DNA of 64,000 nt from Octopus bimaculoides (GCF_001194135.2 NC_068988.1:19725897-19789896); one strand, 5' to 3'; numbered from the stretch's first letter, positions 23,283 through 36,732 are shown. A program made the numbers and translations. Notes: generated by a model not told the origin, from the sequence alone.

Positions 23283-24400
23283 CCAAGACGTTCCACACTA
23301 TCCAATATTATGATGAGGATTGAAGATATTGTTTCTGCGGGGGGTTTGTACTGTTTGTTAAGTCACAGCAAGGGCGTCAGACAGACATGACTTTAGACAA
23401 TAAGCGTGCAGTTCCAAGTAAAGCCGATTTTTCCAAAACACCAGATTGTAGGGTATTTCTAAACTTTCCAGATGTTTCTTCAGGTTGGGTGGTATTGAAC
23501 TCAATACTCCGATGAGAATAAGGTCCAATTTTATGTTTGACTCTCATAGCTGCCACATCTTAGCGATCTTAATTCTCAGGTCTCCATATTTATCAACCTT
23601 TTCTCTTTCTTTTTCGATAATATGTTGATCTCTTGGCACTGCCACGTCGATCATTAGGCACTCTTGCTTGTCCCTCCTAAAGGTTACTATATCCGGCCTT
23701 CAGTAATCTAACGCATTGTCTGGTTGGGAGTCAAAGTCTCAGAGGAGTTTTGCCTTCCACTTCTCGCCCATTACCTTCTCTGGTTAATGTTGGTACCAAA
23801 CACCCGTTACATCTTATCCATACTTCCGTCACAGTAGCCAGTGGAGGTTTTGGGTTACCTTATCGTATCTGCGCCTGTACTCTTTCTGCGCAAGACTTTC
23901 ACAAGCACTAACAATGTGTGTCATGCATTCGACCGTTTTCACACACATATCCATTTTTACTGAGTTGGTATTCAATGCCTGATCCTCGGCAGTGATGATC
24001 AGGCTTTCAGTCTTCTTTTTAAGGTCACCCTTGCTGAGCCACCTCCAAGATGTTTCCTGGACTTTTAAGTTGTTAGTATCACGGTGAAACTCATCATGTA
24101 TTGTAATGCGAAGTAGATTGTCTTCTCTCTCGTTAGATATTCGTGATTGGAATTCACTAGCACTCTCAAGCTCATTGTTGATAAATCCTTCTGCATTACG
24201 AGTACACTCTATCAAGTCTTGTTTGCTGTTTACCAAATACTCTGCCATCTTTCTTTTTACACATTTGATGTAGTCCAGTACGCGTATCGGGCTACATTCA
24301 TTTGTTATTATTATTTGAAAATTTCTCAGGATCACGATTTGAAATCTATTTTAGGTTACCATGGCAAAAGAAACACAGGTAAATTGCGCTCACAACACTC
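23283..24400 (-). mobile_element. R4/Dong LINE 3' part (thumb, CCHC remnant, RLE)
   Basis: ORF 23829-24335: SWRWLSKGDLKKKTESLIITAEDQALNTN...ECMTHIVSACESLAQKEYRRRYDKVTQNLHW; downstream LWDF...RPDIVT...CLMIDVAVP...KVDKYGDL. Confidence 0.9.
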
Positions 24401-26610
24401 CGCTCTAGTAATTGTCATCACTATTTCATTCAGTTTCATGGAGTAAATTTGATATCAAATTTAGTGAGGTTTAGTGGAGGTTATGGCCTTTGATCACCTT
24501 TAGAGTGATCACCTTTGGATACTTCGAGCGTAACGTCAATATTTTTTGTCAAGTTGGTGGTTATAAACGATTGTTTCATATTTTTCCAGTTTCAGAGGAA
24601 ATTGCAGATATGTTATGTTTATAAGAAAGGGTTGTTTGAACTGAGTGGGTACCGACTGTTCTGTGCTCACTCATATGAGGTTAGTTTCAGTTTAGATGTC
24701 AGTTGTAATATTTTCTAATCATATGTTCTCATGTTTTCTGTTTCTCAGATGCGTAACTTGAAATTAGAGTTCGTCTGTTTATAAGGTTGAGCCATAAAAA
24801 AAATAATAATAAATAATAATAATAAATAAATAAATAAATAAACAAAATACTTGGTGTTACATTTTTAGCGGATTTGAAAAGCTATATTCCACCATCTTTC
24901 ATTCAATCTGTGATATTCCACCCACTTACTTTCACTTTCATATTCTTCACTCTTTATCTGCAACGGAATCTGAATGAAGCTATGTTTAGCTTTAAAATTA
25001 TCAACACACCGATGTGGCATTTAACAAAAATAAACACCACATACCTAACGACTTCACGTAAGTACACCTGCGTCAATACTTTCACTTAAATTATGCTATA
25101 GACATCCACCGAATTCAGAATATACATACCTGCATTTTACTCTAAATGAAATATCTTTTCAGATGGCTATATGGAAGAAAATCTCTTTTAATAATACTAT
25201 ATTGCTATATTCTAACCTGTTTTGGATTTAGTATAATGTATATTCATATATCTTATTTGGTATATCTTCCAAGCTGTCATACCTGTGCGATGTTAGCATG
25301 CTGTCATATAACAGCCAACATAGACATTTAATCTGACTGTAAACCTGGCTCTGCAAACCAGAATGTGCAATAGCGTGTCCTTTTTATGGTATGACATCAT
25401 ATCCTAGCCCCTAATAAACATTGCATATGAGGCTTCTTGACCATTAAGTTCTTTCTGCCCGTTTACTTTATTGAACTATTACCTACTAATCTCAATTTAA
25501 TCTTACATTCTTATTTGAATTGTAAACTGTAAATAACCAAATATAGTCGTAGTTTTAAGTGATGAGTAACACATTCTACAGGATTTGTCTGCAAGTAAGA
25601 GATTAACGATATTTTATATTTTAGCAATTAGCATTATATTTTCACCAAATTCATATGGACATTCTGCAATCGAGCTTGATCTCTACCGAGCCGTTGCAGT
25701 TCATCATCATGTACCCACTACATCTATGCAACTCGGATCATACAAAGTCGAACATTATTCGATACATTTACCTGTTGGAACGGAACAGTGGTCGGGAAGG
25801 TAACTGCTGACTTTTTCATCGATAAATTCCAATCCAAAGCTGCGCGTGTTCCTCATTTCTTCTGTTAGAAACTTGGTTGATAATTATTTGGAACAACATA
25901 TTTGGGGAATTGTATTTCAATACCTTACTGATACGTTAACAAAAGTCTGTCCTAAAGATTAAGTGGCCGTGTTTATTTTCAGCTCTCCGTTACCAATTGA
26001 GTCACTGAACATGTTATTTTCAGTTAACTGCGTTCTGAGTTCAGATCATAACGCAGTTAAGATCATTTCTTTCCTTTGTTTTTATTATACCATTGTTTCA
26101 CCATTTAATTCAATTGCAAGTAAACGTCTTTTCATTTTTGACACAATTTTTATTAACTCATGAGAGACAAGATAATAATATGAATTTGAGCTTATCGGGA
26201 CAGAGCCAGAAAATATAAAGAAACTTAATCAAATAGTTCATAGCTTACATCGTATGACGTAGTTATTCGATTATTCTATTTCACGAGGACTCTACTGATT
26301 TATTAGTTAATACTCTTTTTGTAAAGGGATACATTACAAAATGTGAATTTTGCTTTGGAAAATACAATTATAATGAGGTGAAAGTAGTAAAAAGTAGTTA
26401 AAGAGCGTCTGACTAAATTGTGTCCCAGCATAGCCAATTTTCCAGTAAAGGAGGCAAACCGACCGAGAGATTTGCATTAGATATAATACGGTATATATTC
26501 CTAGTATTTACGGCTTTAGTTCAATTCTTGCTGAGACCAACGTTGCCTTAAAAATTTTGTGGATTCACAAGAAAAGTTACTAGTGTGTAGCGAAGTATAT
26601 ATATATATAT

Positions 26611-27137
26611 NNNNNNNNNNNNNNNNNNNNNNNNNNNNNNNNNNNNNNNNNNNNNNNNNNNNNNNNNNNNNNNNNNNNNNNNNNNNNNNNNNNNNNNNNN
26701 NNNNNNNNNNNNNNNNNNNNNNNNNNNNNNNNNNNNNNNNNNNNNNNNNNNNNNNNNNNNNNNNNNNNNNNNNNNNNNNNNNNNNNNNNNNNNNNNNNNN
26801 NNNNNNNNNNNNNNNNNNNNNNNNNNNNNNNNNNNNNNNNNNNNNNNNNNNNNNNNNNNNNNNNNNNNNNNNNNNNNNNNNNNNNNNNNNNNNNNNNNNN
26901 NNNNNNNNNNNNNNNNNNNNNNNNNNNNNNNNNNNNNNNNNNNNNNNNNNNNNNNNNNNNNNNNNNNNNNNNNNNNNNNNNNNNNNNNNNNNNNNNNNNN
27001 NNNNNNNNNNNNNNNNNNNNNNNNNNNNNNNNNNNNNNNNNNNNNNNNNNNNNNNNNNNNNNNNNNNNNNNNNNNNNNNNNNNNNNNNNNNNNNNNNNNN
27101 NNNNNNNNNNNNNNNNNNNNNNNNNNNNNNNNNNNNN
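26611..27137. other. assembly gap (N)
   Basis: N run between (TA)n and (ATGT)n. Confidence 1.
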
Positions 27138-27229
27138 GTATGCATATATGTATGTATGTATGTATGTATATGTATGTATATAAGGAATGAATGAAAGCAT
27201 CCGTCAGTCTCAAGAGAAATTGGATCTTC

Positions 27230-28043
27230 ATCTGGAAAATTTGTCTCCTGTTGATGTTGTTGCAGCGTCTGCTGCACTCTCTGAGGCCGACACGGCAGTG
27301 GCAACTTTGCATGCATGAAGTTCCTTTCTCGGTTGTGGTTGAGCTTTTTCCCTTTTACCAACCCGCTGTTGACGACATTTAACATTTCGATAAAAGATCC
27401 ATTTTTCGTCACCAGTCGCACGTCTATCCAAAAAGAGTAAAATGAGTTCGCGAGAATGGAGAGAATAGCAGATGCCAACTAGGGATTTGGGGTTGATTTC
27501 GAACAATTCAAGAGGCACCCATTTTAGGAACCTTTCCAAGTTGTTGAAGATGACAATGAAGAGTTGAATGGTTTTAAGTAAGCTTTATTGCCAATTCTTC
27601 AACTGATAATGCAGGATTTTCTTCACGTAATGCCTCAAGGAGCTTATCATCAAACTCAACTGGACGTCCAGTTCGATCTTCATCTTCAAGGCTGAAATCG
27701 TCACTTCTGAATTTTGCAAACGATCTTCTGCAAGTTCTTTCATTCAAGCATTCTTTCCCATAAACTGAGTGCATGTTTTGAGTCGCTTCGGCTGCAGAGC
27801 TTCCTTTTTTGTACTCATAAAGTATTATGTACCTCATATGCTCTTTGGATATTTTCATGTTAGAAATGGTTTTAATCAAAGAAATTTTAATTCTATTATT
27901 CTGTAAAATAATATTTAATTAGTTTAAGTGTACACAAATGCATAGAAATATTTTTTAATTCCATTAGACATTCTAAAATACTATTGAATTTCATTCAATT
28001 TAAAAAAAGGGTAAAATCGGACAGAACTTATGGGTTGACCTGA
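27230..28043 (-). mobile_element. mariner (DD34D) transposon, 5' TIR plus N-terminal two thirds, decayed
   Basis: TIR TA|TCAGGTCAACCCATAAGTTCTGTCCG at 28045-28018; ORF MKISKEHMRYIILYEYKKG...FRSDDFSLEDEDRTGRP...; WVPLEL (the WVPHEL motif); TGDEKWIFY (first catalytic D). Confidence 0.92.
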
Positions 28044-28048
28044 TATCT

Positions 28049-28203
28049 ACGACGGGCTTTTTTCAGGTTCCGTCTACCAAATCGATTCACAAGGCTTTAG
28101 TCGCCCCGAGGCTGTAGTAAAAGACACTTTCCTAAGGTGCCACGCTATGGGACTGAACGCGGAACTGTGTTGTTGGTAAGCAAGCTACTTACTACACAGC
28201 CAA
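28049..28203 (-). mobile_element. SINE family B head (tRNA-like)
   Basis: reverse complement TGGCTGTGTAGTAAG..CTTGCTT...GTTCAGTCCC...GGTAGACGGAA; the same element recurs at 33600, 46660 and 54270. Confidence 0.85.
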
Positions 28204-28762
28204 CGCTTCTTTTAGAAAGTTGTGGAAATGAATCTATATAATTCCATGCATGCAGTCACTACCCTTCTTATTAGGCATATCATTTGGTCTTGATATTAAT
28301 TAAATCATCTTCCATGTGCTAGTTGAAATTTTGTTTGATCAATAATTAAGTTGTCAAACTGACTCCGCAACATGCTGGTATAGATCATGATACAGACGGA
28401 AAGCTTCACACTGTATAAGCTCTTAATTAGGCTCTTTGAAAGCAAGTAACATAATTGCTCAAAATAAAACTAAAATATACTAATATATCATAAGTAATTT
28501 AATTTTTCCAGAATTTTGGCAAACATTATTTGTGAAGTCACAACTTATTAAAAACTATTTTAGCCGAGAGGTAAGTAAATTCTCATCATTTCGTACGTCA
28601 ATTAAGTCACTTAAATACGTAACTATCAATTAGTAAGTTTCGTCGAATAAGTTGTCACTCTCCTCAATTCATTTCACATAAGGTGAAATATGAATGTAAT
28701 ACAATAACGTAAAAGTCTCGAACATGGTATCTAGCAGAAGCTGTAGATAATTTCTTATTTGT

Positions 28763-28764
28763 AC

Positions 28765-28837
<73 letters not shown>
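28763..28837. repeat. (TAT)n microsatellite (tail of the adjacent retroposon)
   Basis: direct inspection. Confidence 0.95.
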
Positions 28838-29306
28838 GAGTGAGAGAGGAGTGCATGACATCAAAGAGACACTGGGGTCAAAATATACGGAGCCCAATAT
28901 ACCCATCATGACTACCCGTCTGATAAGGGTACACCAGGCACATGCATCACAACCATATGTGCGCGACATGGTGATCTCATATCAAGATAAAGAGCTCATG
29001 ACCTCGCAGGTGGGGCCCAGTTAGAATTTTCTTCAGGTCGAGTAGCCCATCCCGCTCAAAAGGTCCCTGAATAAGGTTTGTTTTAGGATATTGAGCTAAG
29101 TATCCATGTTTCCAAAGGTGAATTATTCAACCCCTAAAGAATTCCTCACAACACATGGCTATGATGCTCCCCACTACTTCTGCTCATGATCAGAGACGCA
29201 CATATCGTTAGCCAAAAAGGGACATGCTCAAATGGTTAAGGTCAAACAACTGACAAGCAAATCTGTGGTATTAAGCAGAATATTTGCTGTAGCTCATCTT
29301 TTATAC

Positions 29307-29307
<1 letters not shown>
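28838..29307 (-). mobile_element. second, 5'-truncated copy of the ~590-bp retroposon
   Basis: colinear with 10967-11470. Confidence 0.85.
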
Positions 29308-29397
<90 letters not shown>

Positions 29398-29443
29398 GTT
29401 TTTATTATTATTATTATCATTATTATTATTATTATTATTATTA
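29308..29443. repeat. (TAT)n microsatellite
   Basis: direct inspection. Confidence 0.95.
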
Positions 29444-31550
29444 AAAAGGCCATTGCGACCGATGTGTTAGTAGCGATAATGACCCTTGATCATTTCTTCG
29501 AAGCGAAACACGAAGGTTGCGTTGTTAGAGCTAAGGCTCATGCACTCAAACAGGAAGAAACTAAAGTTGTCTGATGGGCTCGAACGGAGGAAACGTGACG
29601 TGGAAACAAAACTACGATCACGTCTTTGACGGATCGAGATAGGCGCATGCTACGCGACTCTGAGCAGACGCTTACGGTTTTTCAGCAGCACTTCGCACTG
29701 CTGTTTGGAGAGGGCGATGGGTCAAGGACAGTACTGGACTTTAGTTCGTAGCTGCACTGCTTGCCGCGGCTCTCAGCAGCTGCCGTGAGGTTATCCGAAA
29801 GGCCGAGAACAGCTGCTGAAATTCGGGACGTAATGAGTGATTGCCCAAGTTGCAGATCGTCCGGTTTAGATGGTCTTCCCTACGAATTCTATGTATTGAA
29901 GCCAGATTTGTTTGGCGACCTCTTAGCAGACATCTACTGCAACTGGCAACAGAAGTGTTGTGACGCTGCTGAAGAAGGACAATGATTTTTGTCAAGGTGC
30001 TAACGTAAAGGTTGGCGCTTGTAGTCGGCTGCTTGGTCAGAGAAGCGCAAACGTGCGCAATTCCAAACAGGTCTATCCACGATAGTCTCCGCCTTATGCG
30101 ATACACCATAGATACGGGTGAGACCACAACTGGCTTTGGGAGTGCTCTGATCCATTTGGATGAATCAAAAGCATTCGATAGGGTCGATCATCACTACTTG
30201 GAAGCCGTCTTGAAAGCAGATGGTTTCGGACCCGTTTTCAGAGGCTGGATCGGGCACAGCGGTCTAAGTAAACGGCCACCTATCGAAGCTGTTGGCATAG
30301 CACGTTCGATCCGTCAGGGCTGCCTGCTGTCGCCTCTCCTATATGTATTGAAACTCGANNNNNNNNNNNNNNNNNNNNNNNNNNNNNNNNNNNNNNNNNN
30401 NNNNNNNNNNNNNNNNNNNNNNNNNNNNNNNNNNNNNNNNNNNNNNNNNNNNNNNNNNNNNNNNNNNNNNNNNNNNNNNNNNNNNNNNNNNNNNNNNNNN
30501 NNNNNNNNNNNNNNNNNNNNNNNNNNNNNNNNNNNNNNNNNNNNNNNNNNNNNNNNNNNNNNNNNNNNNNNNNNNNNNNNNNNNNNNNNNNNNNNNNNNN
30601 NNNNNNNNNNNNNNNNNNNNNNNNNNNNNNNNNNNNNNNNNNNNNNNNNNNNNNNNNNNNNNNNNNNNNNNNNNNNNNNNNNNNNNNNNNNNNNNNNNNN
30701 NNNNNNNNNNNNNNNNNNNNNNNNNNNNNNNNNNNNNNNNNNNNNNNNNNNNNNNNNNNNNNNNNNNNNNNNNNNNNNNNNNNNNNNNNNNNNNNNNNNN
30801 NNNNNNNNNNNNNNNNNNNNNNNNNNNNNNNNNNNNNNNNNNNNNNNNNNNNNNNNNNNNNNNNNNNNNNNNNNNNNNNNNNNNNNNNNNNNNNNNNNNN
30901 NNNNNNNNNNNNNNNNNNNNNNNNNNNNNNNNNNNNNNNNNNNNNNNNNNNNNNNNNNNNNNNNNNNNNNNNNNNNNNNNNNNNNNNNNNNNNNNNNNNN
31001 NNNNNNNNNNNNNNNNNNNNNNNNNNNNNNNNNNNNNNNNNNNNNNNNNNNNNNNNNNNNNNNNNNNNNNNNNNNNNNNNNNNNNNNNNNNNNNNNNNNN
31101 NNNNNNNNNNNNNNNNNNNNNNNNNNNNNNNNNNNNNNNNNNNNNNNNNNNNNNNNNNNNNNNNNNNNNNNNNNNNNNNNNNNNNNNNNNNNNNNNNNNN
31201 NNNNNNNNNNNNNNNNNNNNNNNNNNNNNNNNNNNNNNNNNNNNNNNNNNNNNNNNNNNNNNNNNNNNNNNNNNNNNNNNNNNNNNNNNNNNNNNNNNNN
31301 NNNNNNNNNNNNNNNNNNNNNNNNNNNNNNNNNNNNNNNNNNNNNNNNNTCATGGATAACGTCTTGATGTCCTTCGCTTGGCAGTGCTACCGGGAGGGTG
31401 GGGGTGCTACCGATTCGAGACAAACTCTGTAGACACGGTTGCGCTGTCAGACGGACTTGTCCAAGGTGCGTGCAGAGTGACGGAAACCGTTCTGCGCGCT
31501 CTCGCGACAGTGTCCGGACATTGTTGACTTGTGGAGTTATGTCGAACAGC
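29444..31550 (+). mobile_element. Tx1/L1-clade LINE ORF2 fragment (RT plus C-terminal zinc-binding region), interrupted by gap 30359-31350
   Basis: SGLDGLPYEFY; QTCAIPNRSIHDSL; LIHLDESKAFDRVDHHYL; SIRQGCLLSPLLY; after the gap FAWQCYR..LPIRDKL....RTCPRC...TVL...QCPDIVDLWSYVE. Confidence 0.9.
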
Positions 31551-32422
31551 GATATCATTAGCCAATATCACACCAACGCTCTCTTCACGCAGTATGCCAC
31601 TATAAAGAGAAGGGAGGCCACAGTACTGTCCTTTGTCGTTACTAATTCTGCGCCTAATTCATTTAGCAAAACCATAAAACGCTTAATCAAGCTATAGTTA
31701 TTATTCGTTTATGAGTGACGGCTTGCTGCAATTTAACACCTACAATACGAGAATAAACACTTTTCAAAACTTAATACAGCTTTTTTTCTTTCTATTTAGG
31801 AGTTTTATATTGGCTGCAAAATAGAAAATACAATATTGCTTTTCATATATTGGGAAAATATTCGTTCTAGATATATGTCCAGACATAATATTTAAGTTAG
31901 AAATTCATATAATTAGCGTTGTTGTTAATAACAATAGAATTCAAATAGGGAAACTGAATTTACTTCAAGAGTAAAATAATAATTTACAGATTTAATCCTC
32001 CTTCGAATTCCATTATGACGTAATAATGGTCACATTTTCTCAGTAACATTCAACCTTGCTTATATTAATGTCAAACATTTACAGTAAACTAGATACGGAC
32101 GTGGGAAATTATATAAAATACTTCATCTTTTACGTTCTCAACATACCGTTTATTTTATTTTCATATCGAAATTAGAATTATGTGGTATTGTTATTTAAAA
32201 CGCAGACGGCATTCAGATATTTAACCTTTGGTTCAGCAGACAGACAGTGAAGTTCTTCCACCGTCACCAATACTATATTACACATACTACTATCGCGATG
32301 CAAATCGAATTCCTAATGACTATATCGTGTGATATCTGGGTAAGTTTTCCTTACCATATACGTATATACGTATATAACCATATACATATTTTCACAGAGA
32401 AAACATACGTATCGATTTGGAT

Positions 32423-32427
<5 letters not shown>

Positions 32428-32476
<49 letters not shown>

Positions 32477-32788
32477 AAGCATATACGTGAATATGTACGT
32501 ATATATATATGAATATATATATAGATGTATACGCACATGTATTCATATATGTACATATATATATATGTGTGTGTGTGTTTACATGTATATGTAGTTATAT
32601 ATATTTATGTGTGTGTGTATATACATGTATATCTATATACATATATATTATATATATATACATATATATATGTTGTTGTTTTAACTTTCATGTTTTAATT
32701 ATGTAAATATACATATATATGCACGCGCGTGTGTGTCTGAATATATGTATATCTATCTACCTAGACACAGAGATAGATAGATAAATAC

Positions 32789-32869
<81 letters not shown>

Positions 32870-32870
32870 A
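32428..32870. repeat. (CA)n, (TA)n/(TG)n and (GATA)n microsatellites
   Basis: direct inspection. Confidence 0.95.
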
Positions 32871-33119
32871 AAATACCGAAAGAGTGAGATAGACAGTGAT
32901 GCAAAGACAGAGACAGAAAGATAGACAGAGAGAACGTATTCTATATGCTTTGATGCCCGTTATTTAATTATCTCCGATACAGTCTCTTCCATAAATATCG
33001 TATTGAATCTCGTCTAAATATTTTCTTATATCTAGGCATCATCTAATATACCACATATATTAATTGTTCCTGTTATCATCTCAAAATCTGTGACCTTGTG
33101 TCTACCTGAAAATACTACT

Positions 33120-33151
33120 CCTTCATCATGATGATGATCAGTATCATCACT

Positions 33152-33206
<55 letters not shown>
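33120..33206. repeat. (CAT)n/(CAC)n microsatellite
   Basis: direct inspection. Confidence 0.95.
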
Positions 33207-33274
33207 GCTTTCCCATCTTCTTTGTCTCTGTTCACCTCGTTTTCGTCTTCCACCTAAAATTCTCTCATCTAATC

Positions 33275-33735
33275 TTACTCTTTTGCTCTTTTACTCTCTT
33301 TTACTTGTTTCAGTCATTTGACTGCGGCAATGCTGGAGCACCGCCTTTAGTCGAGAAAATTGACCCCAGGACTTTATTCCTTGTAAGCCTAGTATTTATT
33401 CTATCGGTCTCTTTTTGCCGAACCGCTAGATTACAGGGACGTAAATATACTAGCATCGGTTGTCAAGCGACGGTGGGGGGGGGAACAAACACAGACACAC
33501 AAACACAGACACACAAACACAGACACACAAACACTGACACACAAACACTGACACACAAACACAAATACACACACATACGTATATATACATATACACGACA
33601 GGTTTCTTTCAGTTTCCGTCTACAAAATCTACTCACAAGGCTTTGGTCGGCCCGAGGCTATAGTAGAAGACACTTGCCCAAGGTGCCACGCAGTGGGACA
33701 GAACCCGGAACCATGTGGTTGGTAAGCAAGCTACT
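33275..33735 (-). mobile_element. SINE family B, near full length (head, internal TG-rich repeat, 3' body, (AAAAGAGT)n tail)
   Basis: head 33597-33735; 3' body ...GCTCCAGCATTGCCGCAGTCAAATGACTGAAACAAGTAAAAGAG on the minus strand. Confidence 0.88.
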
Positions 33736-33839
33736 TTATTTCATTTTAATTTGCCATAAAGGCAGTACACAGAGAGTAGCTACGGGCTGGACAAAGACAT
33801 TAAAGAGATGAGATGAATGGTGATTAATATGGTATTAAT

Positions 33840-34250
33840 GGGAGAAAACAGGAGCCGCCCGCCGAACTCTGCTTCTCTAAATCAATGTTCATTTATAAAT
33901 TTACAATTTGAGGCTATAAACCTCGTGCCGCTGACAGGGTCTCACACTCCGATGGCACATTTCATTCCGGAGGGGTCGCTGGTTCGGTCCGCGGCACATA
34001 AACGTCCGCCGGCCGCTTGCCATTTCTCTTTTTTCTCTTTTTCTTTTTAGAGGTTTCGGGAGTTGGGGCCTCACTCGGCACACCCGAGGGGATCTTCACC
34101 TCCCCCTCAACCTCTGTTTCAACTGGTGAGCAACCATTATTGCTCACCTTTCGTTTTCTGTTCGTGGAGACGGGTGCCTCCACGACTTTCTCCGTCTGTC
34201 CCTCTACTGGGGGAGCGGGGGACCACACAGCCACTACTGCGCCTTCATGA
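33840..34250 (-). other. GC-rich island with a 90-aa Pro/Glu/Lys-rich frame, probably a retroelement ORF1 C-terminal fragment
   Basis: ORF 33962-34234 with SKKKKRKKRNGKRP; sharp GC rise against flanks; no splice pattern confirmed. Confidence 0.35.
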
Positions 34251-34684
34251 AAAATTATACTGTTATGTCTGATTTAACATTTGTGCTTTGTATGTTGTAG
34301 TGCGGGTGCATCTATGTACCCTGTATACTACAAACCACTATCAGATATATTAACTCTTGCCCATAGCCTTCCGTCGAGTGGGCTATGAGTGTTTAGGAAA
34401 AAACTCGCTCATATTTGAAACAGCGTTATGGAAAATAGTGGACTATGAATATATGAGTATTACTCGGGTATCTTTTGAGTGGCTATAAAGATCACCTTTA
34501 CACTGGAGATTTATGAAAAACAGAGAGAATTGTATTGGCCCTGTTCACCGGAATATCTATTGCAGTTTGTGTCGCGCTATGTAGCAGTGTTGAATCAGTC
34601 AGTGTGTCGGATGAACACAAAGAAACATCGCACTTATACGCTCACACACATGTACTCACAACTATGCACTCACATACACATATA

Positions 34685-34686
<2 letters not shown>

Positions 34687-34733
<47 letters not shown>

Positions 34734-34900
34734 GCTATCTCTCTCTCTCACACACACGCGCGCACACACTCATTCTCACACACACATACACACTTACACC
34801 TCACACATACGCACGCACGTACACCCCTCTTTCTCTGTGTTTCTCTCTCTTACACACACCTACACACACACACACACATACACATATATACATTTATACC
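34687..34900. repeat. (CT)n and (CA)n microsatellite
   Basis: direct inspection. Confidence 0.95.
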
Positions 34901-36022
34901 ATTTACTGACAACTGATTGGTGAGCGCGGTTTTTAGGAGAATAAACTCACACAAGTTTTCTCGCAATGGAACTGAACCCTAAACCACATTGTTTCGAAGC
35001 GAGCTGTTTAATATACAGCTAACGCTTACGTCTATATTTGCAAACTGAGCTTACTCTATGCCTCTCTGCTTTGCAGGGATACAAATGTGACACGGTGTCT
35101 GTAAGTGCATTAACACAATGACCCCATCTGCCTTTTTGTCAGGTATTTAAAAATTATTTCCAACTTTATATCATCACCAAAGTTCCATTTAACGAAGCTA
35201 CAAAATTTACAGATTCCATTACCAGTCCCCTTAACATTTTAGAAACCAACATTCAGCCTAAAATCATTTAATACACACAAAATGTATACAGATGTAACAC
35301 ATAGTTGCTGGATCTCGGTTTATAAATTTTATTAAAACTCTTCCTTTCTTCTGCCTGGGTTTATCATCTCTGTGCACATGTTAGGCTACGTGTTGGTTGC
35401 TCAAGTCTTCTGAGACACAAATGTAGTTTGAAAGTAATGCGATCTTTTGAACGAATGAAAAAAATCAACATTTCATTTAATTTTATCGGGTATTGAAAAT
35501 TATCTTCTCTTTTATTTTCTTTACGATTCAACTACAATGTTGATATGAACGAAACCGCATAAAATAAGATTCATTTAAGAGTTTCTGTGACTGTAGAAGA
35601 AGCAAAGAAATTCCTGAAACAAATTGATACGCACAGTCATTTCGCCAACAAAGCTCATACAACCACATACAAAAAACTCTTACGCATGTGCACCTACATC
35701 TAAATTCTTATGCGAATCTTTTATTTAAAATCATCATATTTCTTGGCACTTTACAAATATTACTTGCAATAAGTTGTTTGAAATGCATTATTTCTCTGAT
35801 AATCGTTAATGTTATTGAAGATTTCACAAAAGTTGTAGCGAATCAAATTAATGGATTTTGTGGTTTACAGATGTTCGTATGATAGTGTTTTCAGTTCAAT
35901 TTCCACCACTGCCGACAGAACAATAAAAGGCTGTTTACACATATTCTCCTCACACTAGTTGTGTTCTGTCTACATATATTACATGAATGCCAAAATATGT
36001 AATCAATTTGATTTAAAATTGG

Positions 36023-36187
36023 TTTCAAATTTTGGCTGGTCAGCTAGTTCGGGAGACGGTGTAAGGACCCCGAAAGAATGAAGGGCAAATTAACCTCGGC
36101 AGAATTTGAGCTCGGAACGTAATGAAGAACGTAATGACGCTAAGCATTATACCCGGCGTGCTAACGATTCCGCAAGATTACCGTCTT
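36023..36187 (-). mobile_element. SINE family A, diverged
   Basis: reverse complement GAATCGTTAGCACGCCGG...GCTCAAATTCTGCCGAGG...TTTCGGGGTC. Confidence 0.8.
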
Positions 36188-36732
36188 AAATCGATTTAAT
36201 GTTAGCAAACCTTTTCTCACCACGTTTATTGTCTATTACCTGGCGCCTTTTCATTGCAACTATTACTTACATTAAACGTTTTAAAAATTACATACTCTCG
36301 TATATCTTCGACTTTTTTCTCTGCTTTACGCATCTCTTATATATTTCAAACATTTTGTATATATTTGCTGAAAATTTTCAGACACAAATTCCGCCATGTA
36401 TTTATTATATTGCTTATTAATGATAAAACAACGAAAATAAAAGATTGGATTTGTAAACTTAATATTTTCAAATATTTAGGTTATGGCATTATCTAGTAAC
36501 CTTTCCGCAGCAAACCACTATGTTTATTTATTAAATCTTCAGTGCTTCAGTAGATAACCATATTGGATTTTGACAGAATGCCATTTAGCCCAAGGCAGTG
36601 TGGAGATATTTTCTCCACCTGCACATATGGAGACAACGAAGTTAGACTTCTGTTACGCAACTTGACATCATAATTCTATAACGATGTCATATACGCGTAC
36701 GATAACTTATTTTAAATTATGAGCAAATATAA

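Noticed and set aside
24444-24463. Perfect 20-bp palindrome TAAATTTGATATCAAATTTA
   Set aside because: A/T-rich and isolated; one such palindrome in 64 kb is not unexpected.
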